Of a stretch of 64,000 nucleotides of DNA, positions 48,151 to 58,905 are shown piece by piece. Origin of the DNA: Thermodesulfovibrionales bacterium (GTDB taxonomy: Bacteria; Nitrospirota; Thermodesulfovibrionia; Thermodesulfovibrionales; SM23-35); NCBI GenBank assembly GCA_963715195.1, contig CAVQRT010000031.1, positions 96,001-160,000 on the forward strand, in the 5' to 3' direction. The notes below the pieces were generated by a model. That model ran no database searches and was not told the DNA's origin. It saw only the letters and a program-made list of their open reading frames with translations. Positions within the stretch are counted from its first letter, which is position 1. Each line of letters begins with the position of its first letter. The position numbers were made by a program, and so were the translations under genes.

Positions 48151-51100
48151 ATGCCCGCAAAGACCAAAAAAATCATTCGGATAATCTCGCTGGTACTCAT
48201 TCTCACCCTTATTCTGCTCATTTCCATTGCCTATATCCAGTACCGTGATATTAAGAGGGCTTTTGTCGCAAAGCTTTCTTCCGAGGTGACCGCATTTATC
48301 GGACAGGACGTTGCTGTCGGCGACATATCATTCAGCCCTTCTGGAGAAATTAATCTCCATACCATTACCGTTCAGAATCCAGAGGGTTTTACAGCGGGCA
48401 AGCTCCTCACGATTAAGAAACTTTCCCTGAAAATGCGTTATAAAGAATTGCTGAAGAAAAATTTGTATTTCGACAGGATCAGTATACAGAAACCGGAACT
48501 GATCTTGTCGCGGGATAACGAGGGGCGGTTCAATATCTCTGACAAGCTCAGGGATTTTTTTTCGCGAAAGCCGACATTACAGTATCAGATAGATGAATTT
48601 ATCATTGAGTCTGGCATTGTCAACTTCAATAACGATAATAGATTCAGAAGTGACGATGTCGATCTTCTTATTCAGAATTTGTCTTCAGAACAGGATACAA
48701 AAACGACAATCCGCGGTCATGCAAGCTACGCGGACAGCAGGATAGAGATTAACGGCTGGGTATATCCCAAAAATGAACCAAAAAGATTGAATATCTCAGT
48801 TTCATCGCAGGACGTATCTTTGTCTGCATTGAAGGATTTACTGAACAAGTCCGGCGCAGAAATAACAAAAACAAAGGTAACCGCATATCTGAACGCCGAA
48901 GGTGATACGGCGCAAGGGGTCAATTTCTCTTCAGAGATACGGATAAGGGATGCGAAGTTCTCGTTTCTGAAGAAAGATGTAAAAGAAATATACCTGAGAA
49001 TACAGGCCTTTTTGAATATTCCTGATAAGACGCTTGTTATTGAGAATACCTTCCTGAATGCAGGTGGTGTCACGGCCATAACAGTGAACGGAAAACTCAA
49101 AGAAGCAAAAGATGATTTTTTGTATGCCGCGGATTTGAAGATCGACAAGCTTGATCTGTCTGCAATGAATTTCATGAAGGATGTTACAATGAGCGGTGTT
49201 ATAAACTCGGAAAAATTGCATGTGCGAGGAAATGTGAAAAAGCTTTTTCCCGAATTATCGGGTAATATTCAGCTCAGGGACGCACAGTTCCAGAGACGTG
49301 ATGTTGCTGTCGGACGGGTCAACGGTGATCTGAAATTCCTTCCCGGTAAGAGAGCAACTCTTGACCTGAAAGTGAAAGACTTGAAATACGGCGCCTATAC
49401 AATTCCTTGGCTACAGGGGAGATCAGAAATCGAATACCGAAACAATATCATTAACCTAAAAACCACTGCTGTCGAATCGCAGTCTTTTAGCGCATCCTCG
49501 AACTATGCCGTTATCAGGTTACCACAGAAAAATGGAGAGCACGGCGTGTGGGCTGAAATGAGAGGCCTGTCCGCTTCATATCCGGAGAGAAAAGCCGGGA
49601 TCAGGAACGTTGCTCTTTCCATAAATGTGAACAAAGTCAGTAAGGTATTTACCGGAACCTTTGATTTTGCTGCAGACGAAATCCTGTTCAATGACATACG
49701 CACGGGCGTTGTGAAGGGGCGCGGAACCTTTAATGAAAAGAAATTTTCGATCGATATCGCTCAGGCTGATATCGCCGGTGGAAGGATAAGGCTTACTGCC
49801 GGGGGACGAACATCCGGGGATATGTTCCCAATCACGCTGGCGTCGAGCGCAAACAATATCAAGCTCGAATATCTCTTGAGAGATATCGCAAAAATCTCAA
49901 GCATATCGTATCCAATATCGGGCAATATCACGCGCGCTGTTTTCGAAGGAACAATAAATTCGGTTGAGTCTGTGCAAGGAAAGGCCTCAATACAGGCAGA
50001 AAAGATTTCAATCGCTCTCAGGGATAAACAACGCACTGTCATCAGGGAAGGCATGGTAAGTGGTGATATTGTATTTAAAGGAAACGATCTTGATATCAGA
50101 GCAGATGCAGGTGCCGGAAAGTTATCGGCAGACATCGTTGGGACAGTCAAAAGCTTTGGACACAAACACAGATCTGGAGAATTGAAGATAAGCACGCCTG
50201 AGGTGAAGGTGGCAGACATCAGGGAGACTTTCTGGGATGTGTTCCCTGATAGCATGCTCTATGCCGGGATGGAAGGCTTTCTTGCCTCAGATTTAGCCAT
50301 ACAGTATGATGACTCATCAATCGGGGTGAAAGGCACATTGATGCTCAATGACATAGTTCTCAAGGGTGAAAACGGGGAGTATACAGTGGGTCCGATTAAC
50401 GGGATTATCCCCGTGGCATATGCCAAAGGGAATAATCTTCAAACATCCTCTTTTCTGAAGGAAAGGGAGGGCGCATTTAATGGCATACACGAGTCATTTA
50501 CATTGCAGTCTTTTGAACGGAACAAATTTCGAAGCCTCAGCACATATTATGCGCAAAAAACAAACGATAAGAGTTACAGCCTTATAACGGTGGGCACGGT
50601 GAGTTATGGTTTCCCGTTGCTCGATGCGATAAATATCTGGATCAGACCCGAGGGGAAATTCTTACATGTCGGTCATTTTAGTGGTAATATATTTGGAGGA
50701 AAACTGAATGGGTCAGCCATTATCGATCTTGCTGATGCTTTTCAGTATAAAGCGGGCTTTCATATTGAAGGCCTCAGCCTTACAGAACTCTGTGATAGTA
50801 TTGAACCAATTCGGGGATATATAATGGGGAAAGTCGATGGCATCGCAACGGCAAAGGGTGACGGTGGAGGACTCTCTCGGCTGATCGGCAAGGCTGATTT
50901 TTGGACATACAGCACAAAGAAAGAAAAGACAAAAATAAGCAAGGAATTCCTGCATAAGATAGGAGGTCCTTCTCTCCAGCGGTATCTTGGAGACAGAACA
51001 TTCGATAAGGGTACCATGAGTTTGTACCTGCAGCAAGGTTTTGTGATTTTCAGGGAGTTGGAGATTTCGAACAGAAACTTCTTTGGGATGAAGGATCTTG

Positions 51101-51195
51101 ATATCAAGGTGGCTCCTCTGAGCAACAGGATATCGCTTGACCATCTTATGTGGTCGATAACAGAGGCAGCCTACCGGGCACAGAAGAAAGAATAA
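48151..51195 (+). CDS. AsmA-like/YdbH-type intermembrane bridge protein (N-terminal TM anchor, beta-rich)
   Basis: Single N-terminal TM helix, AsmA/DUF748-like start (PELILSRDNEGRFNISD), 1014 aa of repeated beta segments; adjacent to a YdbL-like gene. Confidence 0.65.
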   Translation: MPAKTKKIIRIISLVLILTLILLISIAYIQYRDIKRAFVAKLSSEVTAFIGQDVAVGDISFSPSGEINLHTITVQNPEGFTAGKLLTIKKLSLKMRYKELLKKNLYFDRISIQKPELILSRDNEGRFNISDKLRDFFSRKPTLQYQIDEFIIESGIVNFNNDNRFRSDDVDLLIQNLSSEQDTKTTIRGHASYADSRIEINGWVYPKNEPKRLNISVSSQDVSLSALKDLLNKSGAEITKTKVTAYLNAEGDTAQGVNFSSEIRIRDAKFSFLKKDVKEIYLRIQAFLNIPDKTLVIENTFLNAGGVTAITVNGKLKEAKDDFLYAADLKIDKLDLSAMNFMKDVTMSGVINSEKLHVRGNVKKLFPELSGNIQLRDAQFQRRDVAVGRVNGDLKFLPGKRATLDLKVKDLKYGAYTIPWLQGRSEIEYRNNIINLKTTAVESQSFSASSNYAVIRLPQKNGEHGVWAEMRGLSASYPERKAGIRNVALSINVNKVSKVFTGTFDFAADEILFNDIRTGVVKGRGTFNEKKFSIDIAQADIAGGRIRLTAGGRTSGDMFPITLASSANNIKLEYLLRDIAKISSISYPISGNITRAVFEGTINSVESVQGKASIQAEKISIALRDKQRTVIREGMVSGDIVFKGNDLDIRADAGAGKLSADIVGTVKSFGHKHRSGELKISTPEVKVADIRETFWDVFPDSMLYAGMEGFLASDLAIQYDDSSIGVKGTLMLNDIVLKGENGEYTVGPINGIIPVAYAKGNNLQTSSFLKEREGAFNGIHESFTLQSFERNKFRSLSTYYAQKTNDKSYSLITVGTVSYGFPLLDAINIWIRPEGKFLHVGHFSGNIFGGKLNGSAIIDLADAFQYKAGFHIEGLSLTELCDSIEPIRGYIMGKVDGIATAKGDGGGLSRLIGKADFWTYSTKKEKTKISKEFLHKIGGPSLQRYLGDRTFDKGTMSLYLQQGFVIFRELEISNRNFFGMKDLDIKVAPLSNRISLDHLMWSITEAAYRAQKKE

Positions 51196-51231
51196 GGTAA
51201 GATTAATGCTCATGGAAAAGGAGGAATACCT

Positions 51232-51849
51232 ATGAAAAGAAACGTTACATTTCTCACAGCTTCACTTTTTTTTATTTTTGTCTCTTGTGCTGTTATTACC
51301 GTGAACATCTATTTCCCGGAAAAGGATGTGAAAGAGGCTTACCAGTTATTGGAAAAGGAACTGATGGGTACGGAAGAGAAACCTGGGGAAAAAGCCCCGC
51401 AGGAGAAACCGGAGAGTTCATTGCATTTTGAACTGGTGCCATCATTGTATGCGCAGGAATCAGGGCTTCCGGACAAGATTGCTGATATTGTGAAGAAGAT
51501 GCCCGATGTAGTGGAGGCATACAAGGAGATGGGTGCCAGGCTTCCTGATATCGACAGACTCCGCGGGAACGGATCAGTAGGCGAAGGCAAGAATGGGTTG
51601 CTTGTGGTGAGAGAGGGAAATCTGGCACCTCAAGATCAGAAACTCATTGATATGGAGAACCAGAACAGAAAGACTGTCATCAAGGGCATGACGAAAGCCA
51701 TTATCCGGATAAACAGGCTGCCGGAAAATGAAGCAAATCTCAGTCAGGTTATGCCACAGGCGACCGAGCAGTTCGCATCGATCAGGCGGGATGCAGCCAA
51801 GAAAGGGTGGTGGATTCAGGACCAAAACGGGAACTGGGCAAAGAAATAG
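51232..51849 (+). CDS. Lipoprotein, YnbE-like N-terminus fused to a YdbL/DUF1318 domain
   Basis: Lipobox FVSC followed by ITVNIYFP; VGEGKNGLL, ENQNRK and GWWIQDQNGNW motifs. Confidence 0.75.
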   Translation: MKRNVTFLTASLFFIFVSCAVITVNIYFPEKDVKEAYQLLEKELMGTEEKPGEKAPQEKPESSLHFELVPSLYAQESGLPDKIADIVKKMPDVVEAYKEMGARLPDIDRLRGNGSVGEGKNGLLVVREGNLAPQDQKLIDMENQNRKTVIKGMTKAIIRINRLPENEANLSQVMPQATEQFASIRRDAAKKGWWIQDQNGNWAKK

Positions 51850-51890
51850 CTGATTTGGCGCACACAGTTATTTTTGAAAGGAGATGAGAT

Positions 51891-52406
51891 ATGATTGAGA
51901 GAAAAGGCCTTATTACATTCCAGGGGAATCCACTTACGCTGGTCGGTTCTGAACTGAAAATTGGCGATAAGGCTCCTGATTTCATTCTGCTTGACGGCGA
52001 ATTGAAGGAATTCAGTCTGAAAGATTTCACCGGAAGGATAAAAGTGATCAGCGTTACGCCTTCGCTCGATACCCCTGTCTGTGACATGCAGGCCCGGCGA
52101 TTCAACCAGGAGGCCTCACGTCTCGGCGAGAATATTGCCGTAATAAACGTGAGCATGGATCTTCCCTTTGCAATTTCCCGCTTCTGCACAGCTGCCGGCA
52201 TAGAGAGAGTCAAGGCATTTTCAGACCACCGGGATGCTTCCTTCGGGAATGCTTACGGGGTTCTTATCAAAGAGTTGAGGCTTCTTGCGCGGGCAGTCTT
52301 TATCATTGACAAAAAGGATATTGTTCAATACCGGGAAATAGTCCCTGAAATTACCCATCTGCCGGATTTCGATGCAGCACTCGGTGTTATAAATAGGATA
52401 CAATAA
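51891..52406 (+). CDS. tpx: Thiol peroxidase (atypical 2-Cys peroxiredoxin)
   Basis: PSLDTPVC, SMDLPFAISRFC and LLARAVF motifs. Confidence 0.95.
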   Translation: MIERKGLITFQGNPLTLVGSELKIGDKAPDFILLDGELKEFSLKDFTGRIKVISVTPSLDTPVCDMQARRFNQEASRLGENIAVINVSMDLPFAISRFCTAAGIERVKAFSDHRDASFGNAYGVLIKELRLLARAVFIIDKKDIVQYREIVPEITHLPDFDAALGVINRIQ

Positions 52407-52499
52407 ACATATTCCGAAACATCTGACGGTGTGTGGGATGGCTTTTATTTCCCCCGACACCCTGTTGTCAGCAGCACAAACAAAAAAGGAGGAACAACT

Positions 52500-53078
52500 A
52501 TGGCTTACGCTGCAAAGGACTATGCGACCCTGATCGGGATGGAAGGGTTCAGTGAGACGCTCCTTAAGAACCATTTTACCCTTTATCAGGGGTATGTCAC
52601 AAACACCAATAAGGTTCTTGATTTGCTGGATCAGATGTTGAAGGCAGATAAGGCTGCCACCCCTGAATTTGCAGAACTCAAGAGGAGGCTTGGATGGGAA
52701 TTCAACGGCATGAGACTGCATGAGTATTATTTTGAAAACCTTGGGGGGAAGGCGGCGCTTGACAGGAATGGGAAGTTAGCCAAGAAAATGGAGGCGGACT
52801 TCGGGAGCTATGAGATGTGGGAGAAAGAATTTAAGGCCACGGGGGCGATGCGGGGCATCGGATGGGTGATACTCTATCAGGACCTGCAGAGCGGGATGCT
52901 GATAAATTTCTGGATAAATGAACACGATGTATCTCATCCTGCGGGATGCAACCCGCTTTTGATTATGGATGTCTTTGAGCATGCCTTCATGCTTGACTAC
53001 GGATTAAAAAAGGCAGATTACATTGCTGCCTTTTTCAGGAATATCGACTGGTCTGCAGTGGAATCGCGGTTGAAATAG
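52500..53078 (+). CDS. sod: Fe/Mn superoxide dismutase
   Basis: NHFTLYQGYV, LHEYYF and DVFEHAF motifs; start MAYAAK behind GGAGG. Confidence 0.9.
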   Translation: MAYAAKDYATLIGMEGFSETLLKNHFTLYQGYVTNTNKVLDLLDQMLKADKAATPEFAELKRRLGWEFNGMRLHEYYFENLGGKAALDRNGKLAKKMEADFGSYEMWEKEFKATGAMRGIGWVILYQDLQSGMLINFWINEHDVSHPAGCNPLLIMDVFEHAFMLDYGLKKADYIAAFFRNIDWSAVESRLK

Positions 53079-53179
53079 GCTCATATTCATCTTTCCGTGA
53101 GACCTCCTGCCGTCAACTGTCCAGGGGGTCTTATTGATACTTCAGGCTACAAGAACCTTTATACAATGAGAAGGAGTGC

Positions 53180-54403
53180 GTGTTCATGCCGGATCAGGAT
53201 CTCTCGAAACTGAAAATCGATAAGACTGCATCGATCTATCATCCCGCAAAACGGAAACAGTATCTTTACGGCGGTATTGCAGCGGCTGCTGTTATCGCAT
53301 TGATTATTCTTGCTGTTCTGGGTGTTTTTACTCCTGCAATGAAAGTTGAAACTGCACAGGTAACCCAGATATATCCGTCTCAGGGATTTACCCTCCTGAA
53401 TGCAAGCGGTTATGTAGTTGCACAGCGAAAGGCTGCGGTAGCCTCGAAGGTCACAGGACGGCTGATTTCTCTCTCTGTTGAGGAAGGCAGCCGGGTTAAG
53501 GCAGGACAGGTGATAGCGCGACTGGAAAGTGATGATGTCCTTGCAGCGCAGAATCAGGCTGCGGCAAACCTCAAAGCTGTGCGACAGAATCTTGAGCAGG
53601 CGCAGGCAGAGTTGCATGATGCAACCCTTTCATTCAACAGGAATAAAGAGCTTGCTGGTGCAGGATTTATTGCTCAGGCCGAATATGATTCTTCGGAGGC
53701 ACGGTACAAAAAAGCACAAGCAGCCGTGGGCGCTGCAGAAGCTTCTGTAAAGGCGAGCGAAGCAGCACTCAAAGGCGCTGAGGTTGCATTTGGATATACG
53801 TTAATCCGTGCTCCCTTTGATGCTGTAGTCCTGACAAAGAATGCCGATATCGGCGACATCGTAACACCTATCGGCGCTGCCGCTGATGCAAAAGCTGCTG
53901 TCGTGACTATTGCGGATATGGATTCTCTTCTGGTGGAGGTTGATGTCTCTGAATCAAACCTCTTTATGGTAAAAGATGGACAGCCGTGCGAAATCCATCT
54001 TGATGCCCTGCCTGATTTACGCTTCCGCGGGAAAGTGCATATGATCGTGCCGACTGCTGACAGGGCCAAGGCAACAATCATGGTCAAGGTCAGCTTTTTA
54101 GAGAAAGACAGCCGGGTTCTGCCGGAAATGAGTGCAAAAGTTGCGTTTCTGTCGCGTGAGGTGAGATCCGATGAGGCGAAACCGCGCACCGCCCTTATCC
54201 CTTCAGCGATAGTGACCAGGGACGGAAAGTCAATGGTATTCATTATCCGGGAAAACAGGGTTGCCGAGTCAGCGGTAACAACCGGAGAAAAGCTCGGAGA
54301 CATGATTGAGATTTTACACGGTGTCAAACCCGGGGATACCGTTGTCTTGAAGCCGATTGAAAAAATGAAGGACGGGGCCAGGATCAAGATAGCAGAGAAG
54401 TAA
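53180..54403 (+). CDS. Efflux periplasmic adaptor subunit (MacA-like)
   Basis: TM anchor; VEEGSRVKAGQVIARL and IRAPFD lipoyl/hairpin motifs. Confidence 0.9.
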   Translation: MFMPDQDLSKLKIDKTASIYHPAKRKQYLYGGIAAAAVIALIILAVLGVFTPAMKVETAQVTQIYPSQGFTLLNASGYVVAQRKAAVASKVTGRLISLSVEEGSRVKAGQVIARLESDDVLAAQNQAAANLKAVRQNLEQAQAELHDATLSFNRNKELAGAGFIAQAEYDSSEARYKKAQAAVGAAEASVKASEAALKGAEVAFGYTLIRAPFDAVVLTKNADIGDIVTPIGAAADAKAAVVTIADMDSLLVEVDVSESNLFMVKDGQPCEIHLDALPDLRFRGKVHMIVPTADRAKATIMVKVSFLEKDSRVLPEMSAKVAFLSREVRSDEAKPRTALIPSAIVTRDGKSMVFIIRENRVAESAVTTGEKLGDMIEILHGVKPGDTVVLKPIEKMKDGARIKIAEK

Positions 54404-55104
54404 TGACCGGCAAACCTGTCATTGTTGAAATAATAAATCTGTACAAATCATACCGCCGCGGGAGCCAGATCCTTCCGGTGCTGACGGATATTTCCCTTGA
54501 TATCGCCGAAGGTGAATTTATTGCCCTCATGGGTCCTTCCGGTTCAGGGAAAACGACACTCCTCAACCTCATTGCAGGCATCGATAAGGCAGACAGCGGT
54601 GTGATCAGAGTAGGAGGTGTAGAAATTACTGCGCTCTCTGAAAATGAACTTGCACTCTGGCGCGCGTCGAACGTGGGTTTTATCTTCCAGTTTTACAACC
54701 TTATACCCGTGCTCACCGCTTTTGAAAACGTCGAGCTTCCCCTGCTTATCACGGGGCTTTCGAAACGGGAGCGCCGGGCACATGCTGAGATGGCACTCAG
54801 TGTAGTCAATCTTACTGACCGCATTGATCACTATCCCGGTGAGCTCTCAGGCGGGCAGCAGCAGCGGGTAGCCATTGCCCGTGCAATTGTTACGGATCCG
54901 GGGATTCTTGTCGCCGATGAGCCGACCGGTGACCTTGACAGGGTCACAGCAATAGAGGTCCTTCAGCTTATGGAGCGCCTCGTGCATGAGCTCGGTAAGA
55001 CTATCATCATGGTGACCCATGATCCCAGGGCAGCTCAGATGGCTCATACCATCACCCATCTTGATAAAGGTGTGCTGAATGCACGTCCTCAGACTGATCT
55101 TTAA
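54403..55104 (+). CDS. ABC transporter ATP-binding protein (MacB/LolD-like)
   Basis: [22 protein letters not shown] and DEPTG motifs. Confidence 0.95.
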   Translation: MTGKPVIVEIINLYKSYRRGSQILPVLTDISLDIAEGEFIALMGPSGSGKTTLLNLIAGIDKADSGVIRVGGVEITALSENELALWRASNVGFIFQFYNLIPVLTAFENVELPLLITGLSKRERRAHAEMALSVVNLTDRIDHYPGELSGGQQQRVAIARAIVTDPGILVADEPTGDLDRVTAIEVLQLMERLVHELGKTIIMVTHDPRAAQMAHTITHLDKGVLNARPQTDL

Positions 55105-56236
55105 GAATTCCTTCCGGCATAAACTCAGGACGTTTTTGACGGTTCTCGGCGTTTCCATTGCGATCCTGGCATTCGGCCTCCTGAGAACCGTGATCGATGC
55201 ATGGTATGCCGGAGTCGAGGCATCCTCTGCAAACAGGCTTGTCACAAGGAATGCCATATCACTCATTTTCCCGTTGCCGCTTTCTTACAAGGAGAAGATA
55301 CGCCAGATCGAAGGGGTAAAATCGGTCTCCTATGGGACCTGGTTTGGCGGGATATATATTGATGAGAAGCATTTTTTTGCAAACTATGCCATGGAACCAG
55401 AACATTACCTTGCTATATACCCTGAAATCATTATCCCCCCTGATCAGAGAACAGCTTTTTACCGGGACCGGAAATCCGCCGCAGTAGGGAGGAAGCTCGC
55501 GGACAGGTACGGTTGGAAGATAGGAGATACGGTAACGCTCAGGGGAACGATTTTTCCGGGCGACTGGGAATTCGTTATCCGGGGCATCTACCAGGGGCGG
55601 GATCAGAACGTTGATGAGACTGCATTTTTCTTTCACTGGGAATACCTCAATGAAACAATGAAAAAGACCGCACCGGGACGCGCTGATCAGGTCGGATGGT
55701 ATATGGTTGAGATTAAAAACCCGAATCTTGCAGCGGATGTTTCTGTAAGAATCGACAGAATGTTCAAGAATTCCCTTGCCGAGACCCTTACTGAGACTGA
55801 GAAGGCATTTAATCTGAGCTTCATCTCGATGACAGAAGCTATTATCCTTGTTATTCAACTTGTCTCTTACGTGATCATTCTTATCATCATGGCTGTTGTC
55901 GCAAACACAATGGCTATGACAGCCCGTGAGCGGATTGGGGAATATGCGGTCTTCAAGACTCTTGGCTTTGGAGGTTTCCATGTCGCCGGCCTTATATTCG
56001 GCGAATCCCTCTTCATTACCATGTTTGGTGCTTCAATAGGTATTCTCCTTACTTTCCCGGTAGCAAAAATCTTTGCACAACAGTTGAGCACCTATTTCCC
56101 CATATTCAATGTCGATCCTGAAACCATATACCTCGATATCGCTGCTGCCTGCCTCGTTGGCCTCTCGGCAGCGTGCTTCCCCACGTGGCGTGCACTGAGA
56201 ATCAGGATAGCTGACGGGCTCAGGAGGATAGGGTAG
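55079..56236 (+). CDS. ABC transporter permease (MacB/FtsX-like)
   Basis: RTFLTVLGV and NTMAMTARERIGE...KTLGF motifs; 4-TM topology. Confidence 0.9.
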   Translation: MHVLRLIFKNSFRHKLRTFLTVLGVSIAILAFGLLRTVIDAWYAGVEASSANRLVTRNAISLIFPLPLSYKEKIRQIEGVKSVSYGTWFGGIYIDEKHFFANYAMEPEHYLAIYPEIIIPPDQRTAFYRDRKSAAVGRKLADRYGWKIGDTVTLRGTIFPGDWEFVIRGIYQGRDQNVDETAFFFHWEYLNETMKKTAPGRADQVGWYMVEIKNPNLAADVSVRIDRMFKNSLAETLTETEKAFNLSFISMTEAIILVIQLVSYVIILIIMAVVANTMAMTARERIGEYAVFKTLGFGGFHVAGLIFGESLFITMFGASIGILLTFPVAKIFAQQLSTYFPIFNVDPETIYLDIAAACLVGLSAACFPTWRALRIRIADGLRRIG

Positions 56237-57402
56237 TGAAAATTCCATTCTCATACAGCCTGCGCAATTTATGGACACGCAGGCTTACAACCGTTCTTAC
56301 TGTCGCAGGCATGGCGCTCGTTGTCTTTGTATTTGCTGCTGTGCTGATGCTTGCCCAGGGCCTGCAAAAAACCCTTGTGAAGACGGGTTCGTATGACAAT
56401 GTTGTTGTCATCAGGAAATCCTCGGAATCAGAAGTGCAGAGCGGTGTTGAGAGACTTCAGGCATCGATCATAGAAACTCAGCCGGAGATCGCAACAGGCG
56501 CTGACGGGAAACGGCTTGTTGCAAGAGAATTGGTGGTTCTTATCGCTCTGCCAAAACGGGGAACCGACAAACCATCGAATATTGTTATACGGGGTGTCGA
56601 GGAGAAATCCATGATCCTGCGCCCTCAGGTTAAACTTATTCAGGGTCGAATGCCACGAGTTGGCTCTTCAGAAATCATTGCAGGTTCAAGCATCGCTAAA
56701 CGATTTGAGGGTGGAGGTATCGGTGAATCCCTGCGCTTTGGCATGAGGGACTGGACTGTTGTCGGGATCTTTGATGCGGGCAATACAGGATATAACTCGG
56801 AGATTTGGGGGGATGTTGACCAGTTCATGCAGGCCTTCCGGAGGCCTGTCTATTCATCGGTAATCTTTAAGCTTCGGAGATTATCTGAGTTCGACAATGT
56901 GAAAAACAGGATAGAGAATGACCCCCGCCTCTCGCTTGAAGCCCTGCGCGAGACGAGGTACTATGAAAAACAGTCGGAGATGATGGCAAAGTTTCTCCGT
57001 ATTCTCGGGATAACGCTGACGCTGATATTTTCCATAGGGGCGGTTATTGGTGCCATGATCACGATGTATGCTGCGGTTGCAAATCGGGTTTCCGAAATAG
57101 GGACCATGCGGGCACTGGGGTTTCAAAGGAAAAGCATCCTGTTCGCGTTTCTCATGGAGTCACTGTTACTGGGTATCCTGGGTGGACTGATCGGGCTGTT
57201 TTTTGCATCCTTTCTCCAATTATTTACCGTCTCGACCCTCAACTTTCAGACCTTCTCAGAACTTGCATTCTCCTTTACATTGACTGTTGAAATCTTTGCC
57301 GAGGCCATGGGGTTCTCTCTCATCATGGGGTTTGTCGGTGGTGTCCTCCCCGCAGTGCGCGCCTCGCGCATGAATATTGTCGAGGCTCTGCGGTCAAGCT
57401 GA
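56236..57402 (+). CDS. ABC transporter permease (MacB/FtsX-like)
   Basis: EIGTMRALGF and PAVRASRMNIVEALR motifs. Confidence 0.9.
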   Translation: MKIPFSYSLRNLWTRRLTTVLTVAGMALVVFVFAAVLMLAQGLQKTLVKTGSYDNVVVIRKSSESEVQSGVERLQASIIETQPEIATGADGKRLVARELVVLIALPKRGTDKPSNIVIRGVEEKSMILRPQVKLIQGRMPRVGSSEIIAGSSIAKRFEGGGIGESLRFGMRDWTVVGIFDAGNTGYNSEIWGDVDQFMQAFRRPVYSSVIFKLRRLSEFDNVKNRIENDPRLSLEALRETRYYEKQSEMMAKFLRILGITLTLIFSIGAVIGAMITMYAAVANRVSEIGTMRALGFQRKSILFAFLMESLLLGILGGLIGLFFASFLQLFTVSTLNFQTFSELAFSFTLTVEIFAEAMGFSLIMGFVGGVLPAVRASRMNIVEALRSS

Positions 57403-57463
57403 CCGCATAACCAAAAAAATGCTTTTGAAAAATCGCATGGCGGGAAATCGTATTCTTTTTTGA

Positions 57464-57718
57464 CTATGAAAGACCGAGAGCAGCCTTTATTTTTGCTTCC
57501 TGAAACCCCACAATGACTGTATCGCCAATGATGATTGTGGGAAACGAACATTCTGGATTGAGTTTCATAATATCTGCGAGAATCGCTTTTCTGTCATTCT
57601 CGGGAACAAGATCCACGTCGGTAAATTCATATTCTACAGCACATGAGTCAAGAAACCGTTTTGTGGCTTTACAATGAACGCATGTACTTAAGGTATACAT
57701 TTTCACTGATTTCTGCAT
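57464..57718 (-). CDS. Glutaredoxin/NrdH-like redoxin
   Basis: YTLSTCVHC and SFPTIIIG...VGF motifs. Confidence 0.88.
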   Translation of the reverse strand: MQKSVKMYTLSTCVHCKATKRFLDSCAVEYEFTDVDLVPENDRKAILADIMKLNPECSFPTIIIGDTVIVGFQEAKIKAALGLS

Positions 57719-57807
57719 TATGGGACCCCCTTATGTGTAGACTCAGTAGCTTCTATCATAATTATTATTAATTAATAAAGTAAATTAGTAATTTAATTAG
57801 GTGCTCA

Positions 57808-58725
57808 TCATCTGATCCTTGCTTTGTCGGCACGCCTCTTCCTGTATTCCAGCCAGATGATATAAAGGATCATAAAAACAACCGATACGGTTGAAGGTAT
57901 TGCCGCCCGCTGGTCGAAAAATGAAAGCGCGAGCCCTCCTGACAGTCCGTAATTCTTGAGTGTTCCGAGAAGGACAATGCTGACAGTAACATCCTGAGCA
58001 AGGTGCAGCTTTTTTGCGGCGGTTTCGACAATCCACCCAAGAAGGAAGGTGCCCGAAAATGCAATGAAGGCAATGGGCAGAAGGGATAGTGGTTGGGTAA
58101 TGAATACCTTCTGATTTAACGCTACGATCGTATAGGTGATCAGAAAAAAACTCCAGTTTGTGATAGTTCCTCTTACCGGATTGATGATTCTCGACAGCCC
58201 GGTCCATATGAGGAGACGGGCAAGAATAACGGGCATGACAATAAGTTCCGCGATAATTACCAGTACTTTGAGCGGTGAAATAAAGTTCGACCCTAAAAAT
58301 GTGAGCGCGATGAGAGGAGCGATAATGAGCGCACCCAGGTAAGCACCAACGGTTCCGATCAGAGAAACCGCCCTGTTTCCGTTCAGGAAGATTGAGAACG
58401 GGATGACGGCTACTGCCGGAGGAACGGCAGCAAGGATTACAAAACCGCTCCATAATGCCTGATCAGTGATCAGCAAATAGCTCAATCCCAGAATGAACAG
58501 CCCATGTACGGCATAACTCATCATGATGCCGGCTGACCCATGCGAAAGAAGCATCCTTATTGATATGAAAACATCTCCCTGTAATCCCATTACAGCAACA
58601 GTCATGATAAGGGCAAGGGCGGGGAACATGAATTGCTCAGTCCATCCGGCAGCTCCTTCCCAGAGCAGTCCAAGGATCAACCCAGATAGTAACAGGAAAT
58701 TCCTGTCATTCAGTAATCTTTTCAT
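57808..58725 (-). CDS. Bile acid:sodium symporter (BASS/ACR3-like) family membrane protein
   Basis: About 9-10 TM helices; AAVPPA and KNYGLS motifs. Confidence 0.65.
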   Translation of the reverse strand: MKRLLNDRNFLLLSGLILGLLWEGAAGWTEQFMFPALALIMTVAVMGLQGDVFISIRMLLSHGSAGIMMSYAVHGLFILGLSYLLITDQALWSGFVILAAVPPAVAVIPFSIFLNGNRAVSLIGTVGAYLGALIIAPLIALTFLGSNFISPLKVLVIIAELIVMPVILARLLIWTGLSRIINPVRGTITNWSFFLITYTIVALNQKVFITQPLSLLPIAFIAFSGTFLLGWIVETAAKKLHLAQDVTVSIVLLGTLKNYGLSGGLALSFFDQRAAIPSTVSVVFMILYIIWLEYRKRRADKARIR

Positions 58726-58811
58726 AGCAGCTATGGATACTGCATGATTATATGCCGAGTATTCTCCATCCGCACGGGTGGTTGCCGGATCAGTTAGTGA
58801 GGTTTGTCCCG

Positions 58812-58892
58812 TTATCTTTTCATCAGCAACCTGGTGATAATGTAAACGAGAAACATTACGGCAACAGCAATAATGTAAGTAACTGTTTCCAT
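58812..58892 (-). CDS. Possible 26-aa single-TM small protein
   Basis: METVTYIIAVAVMFLVYIITRLLMKR; starts 14 nt after the nth stop; weak RBS. Confidence 0.35.
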   Translation of the reverse strand: METVTYIIAVAVMFLVYIITRLLMKR

Positions 58893-58905
58893 TCGCTTGC
58901 GCTTT

